Source: Macrostomum lignano
Lineage: Eukaryota
NCBI GenBank assembly: GCA_002269645.1
Contig: NIVC01000632.1
Coordinates: 1 to 64,000, forward strand
Direction of reading: 5' to 3'
Length of the DNA: 64,000 nucleotides
Shown: one piece after another, positions 13,010-25,612 of the stretch
Layout of the letters: every line of letters begins with the position of its first letter
Numbering within the stretch: position 1 is the first letter of the stretch
Made by a program: the position numbers and the translations under genes
Notes under the pieces: model-generated
Seen by the model: only the letters and a program-made list of their open reading frames with translations
Databases searched by the model: none
Told to the model about the DNA's origin: nothing

Positions 13010-13560
13010 TGGAGTTGCTGAGATGCCAAAGGCTCAATGGGGAGTCGCTGAGATGCCAGAGGCTCAATGGGGAGTCGCTCAGATGCCAGAGGCTCAATGC
13101 GGAGTCGCTGAGATGCCAGAGGCTCAATGGGGAGTCGCTGAGATGCCAGAGGCTCAATGGGGAGTCGCTGAGATGCCAGAGGCTCAATGCGGAGTCGCTC
13201 AGATGCCAGAGGCTCAATGGGGAGTCGCTGAGATGCCAGAGGCTCAATGGGGAGTCGCTCAGATGCCAGAGGCTCAATGCGGAGTCGCTGAGATGCCAGA
13301 GGCTCAATGGGGAGTCGCTGAGATGCCAGAGGCTCAATGGGGAGTCGCTGAGATGCCAGAGGCTCAATGCGGAGTCGCTCAGATGCCAGAGGCTCAATGC
13401 GGAGTCGCTGAGATGCCAGAGGCTCAATGCGGAGTCGCTGAGATGCCAGAGGCTCAATGCGGAGTCGCTGAGATGCCAGAGGCTCAATGCGGAGTCGCTG
13501 AGATGCCAGAGGCTCAATGAGGAGTCGCTGAGATGCCAGAGGCTCAATGCGGAGTCGCTG
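13010..13560. repeat. 30 bp minisatellite (GAGTCGCTGAGATGCCAGAGGCTCAATGCG)
   Basis: About 18 tandem units. Confidence 0.96.
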
Positions 13561-13870
13561 TTAAGATGTCATTTTTTGCCCTCTAATAGAAGCTAGCATG
13601 CAAGGTAGGATATGGGGTTTGGATTACAGAAAAACGTCAAGACGCCCACGCATTCACTTTTCCTACGTTTAAGCAATACATATATGTGGAATTCGGGAAA
13701 CCCTCTTTTACCATAGACATCTGGTATGAATCTTCCCAGTTGTAACAGCAATATATGGCTGCATAAGGCATGTCAAGAAAATGTCAGTCAATAAAATTTA
13801 TTCATCAATTAATATTTTAAGCTAGGATAATTTTACCAACAAGAAAAGCAACCCACAACTAGCAGCAACA

Positions 13871-14308
13871 ATGTACTATTCCTCGCACCTGTTCATCAAC
13901 AGAAGCATATTCCTGCTCAATCTGATCTATGAAGACCTGCACGAGGATTTGGGGCGGTCCAGCCCGCCCAGCCAGCCGCCGACATTCTACAGGGTCGGCA
14001 TGCGCCTGTACAGCGAGCAGTACTACCTGGCTCCTGAGGAGGAGTGCGCTGACACGAAGACCACCCTGCTCGTGGTGACGATCGTGCTCTTGATCGCCAT
14101 GATTGCCATGTACCTGATCCGAGTGGACATGGAGCTGCTGCAGGAGGGCACCGACTCCCCAGCTGACGGGCCAGTCAAGGACCACGTCAAGGACCTCTAC
14201 CCGAACCTGATCGAGCTGGCCTATAGGGACAGGAATTTTGGCGCCAGGCAGAAGCTCAGCCAGTGCATTCGCAACTTTTATCAGGGCCCGAGGGCGAGGA
14301 GCTACTAG
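13871..14308 (+). CDS. Intronless 145 aa ORF with one predicted TM helix, nested antisense in mGluR intron 1; unknown function
   Basis: ACAATG start; strongly G/C-ending codons like host exons; TLLVVTIVLLIAMIAMYLI hydrophobic stretch. Confidence 0.55.
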   Translation: MYYSSHLFINRSIFLLNLIYEDLHEDLGRSSPPSQPPTFYRVGMRLYSEQYYLAPEEECADTKTTLLVVTIVLLIAMIAMYLIRVDMELLQEGTDSPADGPVKDHVKDLYPNLIELAYRDRNFGARQKLSQCIRNFYQGPRARSY

Positions 14309-14759
14309 AGCAGACTTTGAGTGGGAATTCATTTTTCTTGCTAATTATATCTTTGACTATGATTATCATAGATTCAAATTTGAGCCAAAAGTAACATTTG
14401 TTGTACTAGATGCATAAGGTAAGCGCGAAATGCGAAACATTCTCTATTATTGTACAAAAATATGCAATTTCTGTAGCCGTACTAACTGCTTACTTCAAAC
14501 GATCAGTGACTAAAAATATTTGAAGTGCTTGTACCAATGCAATTGTAGCCACTGGTAGCCAATACAATTGAACAATAGTTCACTTTTGTGGTGTGTGTTG
14601 CACAAGACTTTTTGCCCAGTGGAGAGGCCAGCAGCTTTTCAAAAGCCGTAAGGATTTCATGAGCCTTGCTTGTCAGGAGTTGTTGGTGTCAAGAATTATC
14701 GGTGTCAAAGGTTGTCGTACGTAGGTCTCAGGAGTTGCAAAGACATGAGCAGGCAAAGA

Positions 14760-15100
14760 CATGTGTCAGGAATCGGCGGGGTGTCAGGAATTAGCGGGGT
14801 GTCACCAATACGCGGGTGCCAGGAATCAGCGGGAGTCAGGTCAGGAATCGGCGGGGTGTCAGGAGTCAGCGGGGTGTCAGGTCAGGAATCGGCGGGGTGT
14901 CAGGAATCGGTCGGTGTCAGAAATTGGTGTATGTCAGGAATCGGCGGGGTGTCAGGAATCGGCGAGGTGTCAGGTCAGGAATCGGCGAGGTGTCAGGTCA
15001 GGAATCGGCGAGGTGTCAGGTCAGGAATCGGCGGGGTGTCAGGAATCGGGGGGTGTCAGGAATCGGGGGGTGTCAGGAATCGGCGGGGTGTCAGGAATCG
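14760..15100. repeat. ~18 bp minisatellite (GTGTCAGGAATCGGCGGG)
   Basis: Tandem degenerate units. Confidence 0.9.
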
Positions 15101-16664
15101 ACTGGAGTCCAGAATCAGTGGATGTCAGGAGTCAGAAGTGCAGGCACACATTAATAAAATGCATCTATATGGTGGCCCGTCCTAACTCCTCGCCCCAGGG
15201 TCAGCCGCGCACCGCTTTGGCACGCCTGACATGAAATCGGATCGCCAGCTTCGGTCGAACGATCCGCGCCATTCCACTCGGCCCCCTGCCGATCCCTCTC
15301 CAGCCCCGGCAAAAAAAAATCTGACGAGATCAAAATCCCAGAGCGCCTGGGACGCTTCGAGGCGCAGGCGGTGCGGAGATGCCGCGGCAGTCAATCAACA
15401 GGTAGCAACCCAACCCCCCTCCAGTCCATCGACCCACTCGAATATGGCGTGCAGGGCGTTTAGTCTTCGACTGAGTCCAACTGTGGGGCTCTCCTGCCCC
15501 CCCCCCTTCCATGATCCCTGCAAAGCGTTTACAGCCTCCGCCTGTGGCCTGAGCTGATGGAGCATATACGGGTGGACAAGACGGAAATTGCTTATCCACT
15601 TTCTCTCACCGGGCACCGGCGCTCCTTCACGCTTTTTCGCATTTTACCTCCCCCCCTCCCATTACCTTATCTTTCTTTTAGCTGGCTGGGCATCATATAG
15701 CCCTACATATTATTATTATTACTTACCATGTGAGTGGCTATAGGGACCAATAACACCAAAGGTGTCCAATGGCTACGAAGAGTTAAAGGAGAAGTCTATA
15801 AAACTGATCAAGGTGGTCTCTAAGACACCTGACTCTTCAAAATAGATGGCCTGATGCCATGATTAGCTCATGCTGCAGGTAGAGCATTCCAAAATTTGCA
15901 GTAAGTGGTAATGAAGCAACGCTTTTGTCACTGTATTCTAGAGAACGGAAGCCTAAAGGAGAAATGGTGCCGTTTGCTGTTGGAACGGAGACCACATAGC
16001 GTGACTGTGGAGCAAAAGGAGCTAGGGAGGAGCTGCTGGAGCCTGGGTCCTACCCCTAACCCCGCTGAAGTCTATGGACAAAAGCAAATCCACCAACAGT
16101 TCTGCAGGCTTTTTTGTATAGATTTGTACAGATTAGTCTGTTATTTTTTCCCGCACTGTTTCATCTTTTTTCTCTCTCCCTAAGCCGCCCGCCTGTTCAC
16201 AATAGCCAAGTTAAGTCGCCATTGCTCTCCAACTACTGCTCTTTCTGTTATAATTTGAAATCTTTCACTATTCATTGATTGTTGCCCGTTAATTCTCGAA
16301 CAACTGCAGTTGGCTTTGGTTGCAGTTGGAAGGGAAATTGACTTTGGGAATTGGAGGTGAAGGGAGGGCAGTCGGGATGAGCAAAGGGAGAGGAGAGAGA
16401 GAGGGGGGATTCTGGCTGAGTAGGGATAGACAAAGTTTTGCTGCCAACCTACCTGCCTCAGGCAACCGCGCGGCTCATTCATCGGATCCTCAGTGCTCGC
16501 CTGAACTTGTGTGCGTGCCTGAGCTCTACTGTAGTGACTCAGATGAGCAATGCGATGCGCTACTCACTGAGTCGGTGCTGATTAAGTTTTCATCAGGAAT
16601 TTATCAAACAGTCAGAGTTACTATCTTTGATTCCCGCTGTCTGCTCGCTAGTATAGCTCTCAGT

Positions 16665-17325
16665 GACTCAGATAAAGAGTGACACAGATCAGAGTGACAC
16701 AGATCAGAGTGACACAGATCAGAGTGACACAGATCAGAGTGACACAGATCAGAGTGACACAGATCAGAGTGACACAGTGGATCAGAGTGACACAGATCAG
16801 AGTGACACAGTGGATCAGAGTGACACAGATCAGAGTGACACAGTGGATCAGAGTGACACAGTGGATCAGAGTGACACAGTGGATCAGAGTGACACAGTGG
16901 ATCAGAGTGACACAGTGGATCAGAGTGACACAGTGGATCAGAGTGACACAGTGGATCAGAGTGACACAGTGGATCAGAGTGACACAGTGGATCAGAGTGA
17001 CACAGTGGATCAGAGTGACACAGTGGATCAGAGTGACACAGTGGATCAGAGTGACACAGTGGATCAGAGTGACACAGTGGATCAGAGTGACACAGTGGAT
17101 CAGAGTGACACAGTGGATCAGAGTGACACAGTGGATCAGAGTGACACAGTGGATCAGAGTGACACAGTGGATCAGAGTGACACAGTGGATCAGAGTGACA
17201 CAGTGGATCAGAGTGACACAGTGGATCAGAGTGACACAGTGGATCAGAGTGACACAGTGGATCAGAGTGACACAGTGGATCAGAGTGACACAGTGGATCA
17301 GAGTGACACAGTGGATTAGAGTGAC
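16665..17325. repeat. 15/18 bp minisatellite (GATCAGAGTGACACA[GTG])
   Basis: 15-mers on the left, 18-mers on the right. Confidence 0.96.
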
Positions 17326-18640
17326 AAGCGATGATCAAAGTGATCATACAAGGGTAATATTTGCACTTGGCGATCAAGGAACCATGATTCTCTGTCAGAA
17401 AACTTTTCAAAGTGCGAATAGTTGATTTCAGTACCTATACGTTAATGTTCTTAACCTTTCAGGATCTCTGTGAAAGTACCACTTTTTTAGTTGTTCAGAC
17501 TGTAACAGTTCATCTTGCGTTAAATAGAAGACGTTTTTGTATTTTATTTTATCAAAGTGCACCAGCTACTTCAAAAGCCTTGGCGAAGTGGTCAACGTTG
17601 TTTTATAACCATATGACTGGCAATAAGATGGCCGCTTAGTTTGGTTAAGCCTCACGGCGCGGCGGACCTAATAGACCGCAGCAGCTGAAGGATCGGGCCA
17701 GCGGAATCGCCCCGTCCCCCACCACACCCGATTTAGCTCCCCCACTCGCCATGCCTCAGGCCTTGGCTTTGCACGCATGACTTGCTCACTCGAAAGGCCC
17801 AGCCCTGAAACTTATGCAGTATAGCACTTGACCATGTTAAAGGCCAGCGCTCTCTCGTGTCCTAAATATATAATAATTACTTATTAATCTTCATAAACCG
17901 AGTAAATTTAGCTCGAAGTTATTTCCGCAAGTCTATTTTTAGCCACCAGTGCAATGTACATCGGGGAAATTACGTCACTCCGTAGTAGTCTTCTGATTGG
18001 GTAAATTGCTTAACCATATTATGGACTGTTGTTGTTGTTAAACGAGGGTGGGAAGCAGTGCTACCCGCGGATCAGCCCGGAGAAGGGGCATATACCAGGG
18101 GCATCTACCAGGGGCATATAGCCCGAGCGGCCCAGATTGGGACCAGGTCTCAAGGCCTGGAGAGAATACCTCATTGGGCGCTACTAACTCAAGCCTATGG
18201 ACTAAGACACCGCCAAACCATAGTGGAATCAGGGACGGTGCTACGACCGAGTCCACCCAAGCCAACCCAACGACAAAACCCGAGTGTGCGCTCGAAAAAG
18301 TTAGGAAAATTTTTGGTCCGAGAACGGGATTACCCGAGGTCTACGGAAAGAGTGCTTTAGATTGGGACTGTTATGGTTATTGCGACTGAATCGCGCGCAA
18401 CTGCTGATGATAATCGAGAGCTTGAACTGCTCAGGAAGACGGATTCCATTCCTGCTGAGTTTCCAGTTTTCTGTCAAGAGTCGATTGAGAAGTTCAGTGG
18501 CAGCAAGGATTTGTTCAGTAAAAGAACCGAAGATGGGCGATTTTCGAATTTCCCGCTCTAAATTATTTTACGATGAATTCGAGTTCGTGGCAGTAAGACG
18601 AGCCCAGCCTAATCGACCGGTGCCTCTTGCAGTTCTTGCA

Positions 18641-19042
18641 GTATTGGTTTTGTCAGCCTAACTGAGAATAAAGCCATCCAAAGTGAGAATCCTGCCTACG
18701 CTGATTACGAAGGGCCTAGCAGACGACTCTTTGGGCAGTGCATTGAGGGACGGCTATTTTAACTCTTTACTGTACTGTACTGTATCATCCAGTGTGTTCC
18801 TGTTTCCGTTATTCCGTTCAAGCTATTGGCTAGTCATATGGCTCAGAAGGTATAAAAATAAAAGAATACGACGCATAGACCAATCGATTCTCACATTGGA
18901 TGGCTTTTTATCACTTTGCTTGTCCTTTATTGTCTATGGCCCATAGACTAAGGCTGCACGCAGCCAGGCCCTTCGCAGTCAGCGTAGGCAGGATTCTCAC
19001 TTTGGATGGCTTTATTCTCAGTTAGGCTGACAAAACCAATAC
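18641..19042. mobile_element. ~400 bp MITE with ~75 bp TIRs and TA at both ends
   Basis: TATTGGTTTTGTCAGCCTAACTGAGAATAAAGCCATCC... versus ...GGATGGCTTTATTCTCAGTTAGGCTGACAAAACCAATA. Confidence 0.75.
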
Positions 19043-20769
19043 CAGCAGACACCATCAACATAGTCCCGACTAGCTCGACGTTGACAACCACACTGCTGGC
19101 CTGGGCAATGTGGGCATGCCATGGAATTGCGATAGATTTTTCTAACAATGAGCTTTGCTTATTTGCAACGAACCAGTCTGCCACTGAGGTCGAGTTCAGT
19201 GTCAAGATCAAAACTGCTGAAGAGGTCTGTGACAGATTTTCTGTGACAGATCTGATTCTCTGATTCTTCCATTCTATGATTCTTTTGTTCTTCTGTCCTC
19301 TCGTTCTTTTGTTTCCTCGTTTGTTAATTCGTCCGTCGTTATATTTATCGACATACGAGCTATTCTTGGATTTTTAACTTACTTTTTAGTAAGAAAAGCT
19401 GATAAATACACACGTGTTCGTCTTCCTTTCAATCAGCTAGCCCCTATATTTCTTACTCACTAAAGCCGAGTTTCCAGTCCCTTCTTATCTATTTTATGGT
19501 GAATTTGTATCGCAGAAGTCCCTAGTTCAAGTAAAAAGTTTTTTATTTTAAATGTCAATGATATGCTTTAATTCAGCTAACAACCAAACTACATACAGAT
19601 GTACCAAAGACTAAAAAGTACATAAGAATTCACCAGCGCAGCAAAATAATCATCGCTATTTCTGGATTGAAGTTTTTCCACAGCAAAGTCTGGGAACAAA
19701 ACTCTTTGCCTTCAGCATACATAGCCAACATAGTGTTGTCACCCTTCGTTTCCGAGTCTGGGTTTCATTCCACACCCAGCCTGGGTGTTGTGACAAGTCG
19801 GTAAGCTAGTGGCTGGTCTGTAGGAAGGTTTACCTGTCCCGGAGGGGTTTCCAAGCTGCGTATATCAGACATCGGCGCTGAACACTCTTGGGACTGTCTC
19901 TGTCTCTGCCGCTCTCTTTCACCAGGAAGCATAGCTTCATTTAAAAAACTGATACAACGGGAGGCCCAGGGAAACCTTCAGCGGGAATAGCGGGAATTGC
20001 ATTGACAGTCGATCTGATGCTAATCAGGGCTACCTTGCCATGTATAGCGCCTGTACGTAACATTAGGCTTAGGTAAGAAAGGTCTTTTCAATTTCTGCAG
20101 ACTGTAACTGATTTCGTCAGCTGCTCTTTAAGTTTCCCCTTTCTAAGAAATTGATCCCCAGTAGAATATCCCATAGAGAGATGATACTCATTGACGAAGG
20201 CAATCAAAGTGAGGACTTGAAAGTTGGGGGATGAGTCAATCAAAGGCGGAGAAAGATGAAAGCGAGACCTTTTTGGCGGGACTAGGATTCGTCAAAAGGG
20301 GCTATCAATCACGAACTCGGTCTAGGCGCTCGCATGTCTGTGTCCGAGCCGCACGGGTCGCTGCTGATTGCGCCAATATTGCCTGATGTTTAATCTCTAG
20401 GGGTTGCTGGGGAAGGATCGGTCTCGGGCTGAAACTGACGCGAATGCTTTCTCCGAAATTGATTATTAAATTGATCGAACAGTAAAGGGCGCAGCCTAGG
20501 GCCAAAAATTGCGGGTGATTAATGAATTGGCTGGTCTGGAAACTTCCTTATAGTTGGGCAAAAGGGAAATTATTTTGCTCAAATTTATCGTTAAATTTGA
20601 TAATTTTTCAGGAAAACTTTCATCGGATTGTAATCATTCTGGAAAACTTCTGTCTAGACACAGCAAGGTGCCACATTGGTGACTTTCCATTGCACAGAGT
20701 GAAGTGGTGACTCAATTTATTTAGCTTATGCATGTGTAGTGATTTATGTGACTTTGTGGCGGGAATTGG

Positions 20770-22200
20770 CTATTCATTGGTTACATCTGGGTGTGCCGGC
20801 TCATCAGTGTAGCGGGAATGGCTAATTCATTAGCTACATCCGGGTGTGCCGGCTCACCAGTGTAGCGGGAATGGCTAATTCATTAGCTACATCCGGGTGT
20901 GCCAGATCATCAGTGTAGCGGGAATGGCTAATTCATTAGCTACATCCGGGTGTGCCGGCTCACCAGTGTAGCGGGAATGGCTAATTCATTAGCTACATCC
21001 GGGTGTGCCGGCTCACCAGTGTAGCGGGAACGGCTAATTCATTAGCTACATCCGGGTGTGCCGACTCATCAGTGTAGCGGGAATGGCTAATTCATTAGCT
21101 ACATCCGGGTGTGCCGGCTCACCAGTGTAGCGGGAATGGCTAATTCATTAGCTACATCCGGGTGTGCCGGCTCATCAGTGTAGCGGGAATGGCTAATTCA
21201 TTAGCTACATCCGGGTGTGCCGGCTCACCAGTGTAGCGGGAATGGCTAATTCATTAGCTACATCCGGGTGTGCCGACTCATCAGTGTAGCGGGAATGGCT
21301 AATTAATTAGCTACATCCGGGTGTGCCGGCTCACCAGTGTAGCGGGAATGGCTAATTCATTAGCTACATCCGGGTGTGCCGACTCATCAGTGTAGCGGGA
21401 ATGGCTAATTCATTAGCTACATCCGGGTGTGCCGGCTCACCAGTGTAGCGGGAATGGCTAATTCATTAGCTACATCCGGGTGTGCCGGCTCATCAGTATA
21501 GCGGGAATGGCTAATTCATTAGCTACATCCGGGTGTGCCGACTCATCAGTGTAGCGGGAATGGCTAATTCATTAGCTACATCCGGGTGTGCCGACTCATC
21601 AGTGTAGCAGGAATGGCTAATTAATTAGCTACATCCGGGTGTGCCGGCTCACCAGTGTAGCGGGAATGGCTAATTCATTAGCTACATCCGGGTGTGCCGA
21701 CTCACCAGTGTAGCGGGAATGGCTAATTCATTAGCTACATCCGGGTGTGCCAGCTCATCAGTATAGCGGGAATGCCTAATTCATTAGCTACATCCGGGTG
21801 TGCCGACTCATCAGTGTAGCGGGAACGGCTAATTCATTAGCTACATCCGGGTGTGCCGACTCATCAGTGTAGCGGGAATGGCTAATTCATTAGCTACATC
21901 CGGGTGTGCCGGCTCATCAGTGTAGCGGGAATGGCTAATTCATTAGCTACATCCGGGTGTGCCGACTCATCAGTGTAGCGGGAATGGCTAATTCATTAGC
22001 TACATCCGGGTGTGCCGGCTCACCAGTGTAGCGGGAATGGCTCATTCATTAGCTATATCCGGGTGTGCAAGCTCATCAGTGTAGCGGGAATGGCTAATTC
22101 ATTAGCTACATCCGGGTGTGCCGGCTCATCAGTGTAGCGGGAATGGCTCATTCATTAGCTACATCCGGGTGTGCTGGCTCATCAATGTAGCGGGAACGGC
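20770..22200. repeat. 53 bp satellite, ~27 copies, just inside mGluR intron 1
   Basis: ACATCCGGGTGTGCC at 20836 and 20889; no unique spacers. Confidence 0.96.
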
Positions 22201-22358
22201 TAGAGCTAGATTACATCTTCGAAGTTTGGTCGGAAGATTTATTTCTGATTCCACTCTGTCAATTCAGTTGACTATATAAAATATAACTATACACAAGGGC
22301 TGGAGCTGCTAAGCTAGACGTGAAAGAAAACATCAATGAAAGTCTAGCTGTAACTCAC

Positions 22359-22770
22359 CTTTGATGAAGTCAACCGCCTGGTCCAATCCGTAGGTGTCCC
22401 TGTCGCAGTCGTCCTTGATGTAGCTGCCCAGCAGGATGCCGTCGCCAATAACGTCATGCTGGTTGATGTAGTCGATGGTGTACAGCATTGCCTCAAGCGC
22501 CTGCAGGCCACCCTGGTGCATGACCCGACCGCAGACCTTGTCCTCGGAGCGGGAGTGCACCATCATGAGGCCGCCCAGGTAAATGTCGCCTTTAGTAAAC
22601 ACCTTCTGCTCCTGGATTGGCCAATGCTGGGTTCTGCCGTGTCTATCCGTGAAGTTGATCAGCTTCTGGCGCCAGGAAACCTCAACGGTGTCGGAATGGC
22701 AGAGACGCGGTAGCGGAAGTAGAAAAATAATTGGCAACAGCAAGACCAGCGGCTTATGCACTGGCGCCAT
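22359..22770 (-). CDS. Class C GPCR (mGluR family, mXR/mangetout-like), coding exon 1: signal peptide and start of Venus flytrap domain
   Basis: MAPVHKPLVLLLPIIFLLP signal peptide; GDIYLGGLMMVH...CG...GGLQALEAMLYTID...DDCDRDTYGLDQAVDFIKG; donor G|GTGAGT at 22359/22358. Confidence 0.93.
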
Positions 22771-23544
22771 TATAGTTCAGCTGTACTTGAACAGCTTCTT
22801 CGAAAGCGACAAAGAAATATGGGCAATGTTTTGAGCAAAAGGAAGCGGGTTCTTATTGATTGCGCGATTGAGCTGCGTTTCTAGCAGTTAGCTCGGGCAG
22901 CTTTTTCCTTCAAATAGTCGCGACTCCATCAGCTTGATGTCGGAATCGCCAATTCGGACAACCGGCGGGAGGATTGGCGGAGGCTCAGCTGAGCCAATGA
23001 TAGCGCAGCCCAGGTCTGCGTGGTCCGATCCGCCTTCCCGGTGGGCTGCAGCTGTCCTGCTTTTGTTGGCGCGCGTGCTCAAGTGCAGAAAGCGCCGCGT
23101 AGCTCCGGGGAGAAGGCGAGAGGGGAAGGCATCAGGATGGTTTAGCTAGTATTGACTCTGTGCCGCATGCCTAATTGGGCTGCAGCCATGCCGCTTGCTT
23201 GCCCTTTTTGGCTTCTTACTCTGAATAGATCTACTTCGGCAAAACTTTTTGCTACTCTTCACTACTTTGATGATAATGTTTATACTCGAATAAAGCGAAG
23301 CCTGTGCATTGTGTCTGCGTACTCTATTTCTGGACAGTTGTCCACGACCTTATTTCTTCAGGAGCAAGGTAGCTCAGCGATTAAGAGCATCTGACTAATA
23401 TTTTCCCGCATTAAATAAATAAATAAACAACTTCCGGTACTTCTATTCGTAAGCTTTTGAGTCGGGCTCAATGATTCAGTCAAGGTATATCGATACTTCA
23501 AGCATGATAATATGCGTTTTTTATCCTATAACGACATGAACGCG

Positions 23545-23851
23545 AGTAGTATATAAAAAGACGCTTCTAGACCCAGAGCACTTTTTTAATTACCGTTTTA
23601 AGGGTCTAGAGGGGGGACACGGGGGGTAAATAAAAAAACACATCTAATCACCCTTAACACATCTAATCACCCATAATCACCCCTAACAATAAAAATCAAT
23701 CCCAACACTTCCAAACACTCCCCAACACCCCCCTCGCGTCCCCCCTCTTAAGACCTTAAAAACGGCCATTAAAATAAGGTCTGATCTGTAAGCGTCTTTT
23801 TCTATACTACTACTCTATAACCCCTTGCCCGCGCCGCAGGCGCGAAGGGTC
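23545..23851 (+). repeat. Polinton left TIR (~307 bp)
   Basis: Reverse complement of 41148-41452 with a handful of mismatches. Confidence 0.96.
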
Positions 23852-23868
23852 TTTTTCTGTTACTAAAA

Positions 23869-24183
23869 ATGACCCGAGTTTACACCTTTTCTGTTAGTGA
23901 TACTTTTGAGACTGTTGCTAAAAATGCAGAGATAATAAAACAACATATTTTGAATGGAATAATTGATGAAGTTTATTTAAAATATGACGACAAGCATGAC
24001 CTAAAGCTTTATCCATTAGAGCTGGATGAGATGTATGATTTAGAACAAGAGGGTGAGTTAATATTTCAACTTGGAGATTATTTAAATTCGGATGATTGGG
24101 AGGTTAGATCAACAGATTCCGAATCAACAAATAGTTCATATGAAACCAGTGATTCAGAGAATGAAAGTGAAATTTTTATGTGA
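23869..24183 (+). CDS. Polinton hypothetical acidic protein (104 aa)
   Basis: Open ORF, AAAAATG start directly after TIR. Confidence 0.7.
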   Translation: MTRVYTFSVSDTFETVAKNAEIIKQHILNGIIDEVYLKYDDKHDLKLYPLELDEMYDLEQEGELIFQLGDYLNSDDWEVRSTDSESTNSSYETSDSENESEIFM

Positions 24184-24199
24184 AAAAAATATTTAAAAA

Positions 24200-24454
24200 A
24201 TGAATTATTATTCTATAACAGAAACGACATTTATTGTGAAAAATATATATAAAAAAATGAAGGTAAATCGAACCCATGGTTCGCGTGCTTTGCACGATTA
24301 CTCCTACATCGGAAATGTGCCGATTAATGAACTTAATGAAAATTTAAGTTTGATAACAGTTGAACAAATGTCAATAATAATATTAGTAACAATTATAGTA
24401 ATAATATTGTTTTTGTTTGTTATAAAAAATTTACTACCATGTTGTCTCAAGTAA
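24200..24454 (+). CDS. Polinton small protein with C-terminal TM helix (84 aa)
   Basis: MSIIILVTIIVIILFLFVIKNLLPCC; contains an in-frame hairpin module at 24267-24298. Confidence 0.6.
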   Translation: MNYYSITETTFIVKNIYKKMKVNRTHGSRALHDYSYIGNVPINELNENLSLITVEQMSIIILVTIIVIILFLFVIKNLLPCCLK

Positions 24455-24464
24455 TTGTTCGAAC

Positions 24465-25382
24465 TTAGTTCGCTGATATTAGTTGGTTCTCATAAAACGA
24501 ACCCAATATTTCTTCACCGTCCTTATCAGCAATTATATAGGTTGTAGGATTGGTATTTAAAACTTTACTGATAGTAAATTTCTCACTTATCTTCCAATAT
24601 CCTTTTCTTCCTTTTTCAAACTTATCTTTCCATTTATAGATATAAACAGAATCACCAACCTTAAAAGATTTCTTTTTATTTTTTTCAAATTTTCCAAAAG
24701 TAACTTTAACGTTTTCAGGATTGTTATAAGCTTGTTGAGGAGTCATCTTTATAGCTGAATGATATGAATTGTTATAATCTTTCACTACGTCTGGTAATAT
24801 TTTTACCCACTTTTGGTTACCATTAAGACTAAACTGAAACCATAATTTCTTACCTAAAGTTCGATTAAATCTTTCTATTAATGCGTTTTTACTCTCTCCA
24901 TAAATAGAATAAATTTTATTAATATACTCCCCATTCGCGTCTTTTTTCCTTTCTTTTCCTTTTTCAAAATGATACAATTTATACATATGAGGATTGTAAA
25001 ATTCTTTTCCTTCATCAACACACAATCTTTCGCTTTTTTCTCCAAGACTTCTAAAAGCAGCAGCAACCTCCTCTCCCTTTTTGGATTTTAAAGGAATAGC
25101 CCACGCGTATCGAGTAAAACCATCTAATATGGTTAAGATATATTTATATCCTCTTTCGTTCGGCATCGACATTAAATCAGCATACCAAATTTCATTCTTT
25201 TTGAAGTTCATGATTTTTCTATAAAATTTAGGTTTTCGATATTCTTTATGAAGAATCTTTGCCTCATCAGAACTTAACCCACCACCACTTAATAATAAAC
25301 ACTCGACACAATTATTTCCATGTTGATTATAATTAATTCCCAAACCAAATTTAACTTTAGACTGCAAAATCTTTTTAACCAT
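24465..25382 (-). CDS. Retroviral-type (RVE) DDE integrase of Polinton; probably the C-terminal part of a PLA2-integrase fusion
   Basis: EIWYADL, YILTILDGFTRYAWAIPLKSK, CVDEGKEF, IERFNRTL (D-D-E intact), YNNSYHSAIKMTP; no chromodomain seen. Confidence 0.96.
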   Translation of the reverse strand: MVKKILQSKVKFGLGINYNQHGNNCVECLLLSGGGLSSDEAKILHKEYRKPKFYRKIMNFKKNEIWYADLMSMPNERGYKYILTILDGFTRYAWAIPLKSKKGEEVAAAFRSLGEKSERLCVDEGKEFYNPHMYKLYHFEKGKERKKDANGEYINKIYSIYGESKNALIERFNRTLGKKLWFQFSLNGNQKWVKILPDVVKDYNNSYHSAIKMTPQQAYNNPENVKVTFGKFEKNKKKSFKVGDSVYIYKWKDKFEKGRKGYWKISEKFTISKVLNTNPTTYIIADKDGEEILGSFYENQLISAN

Positions 25383-25612
25383 CCACCTAGTTAATCTTTG
25401 CCTACGATAATCCCTGCAAGTTATCTAATCCTTGAATCATTTTTTGATCGGCTTCATGTTTTAATCTTAATGCTTCCTCGGCGGGTTCTTGTCAGCATCT
25501 CTATATGCTAAGTCGTGATAGTATGCTAACCAATCAATCCCATTTATTGGAATTGAATCAGATTTTGGAGTATTGTCAGGATTTAATCGGAGATCGAGTC
25601 GAGTCAACCCGG
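25383..25612 (-). CDS. Parvovirus-type phospholipase A2 (PLA2X), 3' exon, with frameshifts
   Basis: TRLDLRLNPDNTPKSDSIPINGIDWLAYYHDLAY (catalytic HD), then EEALRLKHEADQK / MIQGLDNL in shifted frames. Confidence 0.85.

Noticed and set aside
19600-20250. Possible Gypsy gag remnant on the minus strand (KTFLPKPNVTYRRYT-like piece)
   Set aside because: One short motif among many stops; no LTRs or pol domains found.
20770-22200. CRISPR-like array with palindromic repeats
   Set aside because: Units are contiguous 53-mers with no unique spacers; no cas genes; eukaryotic intron context.
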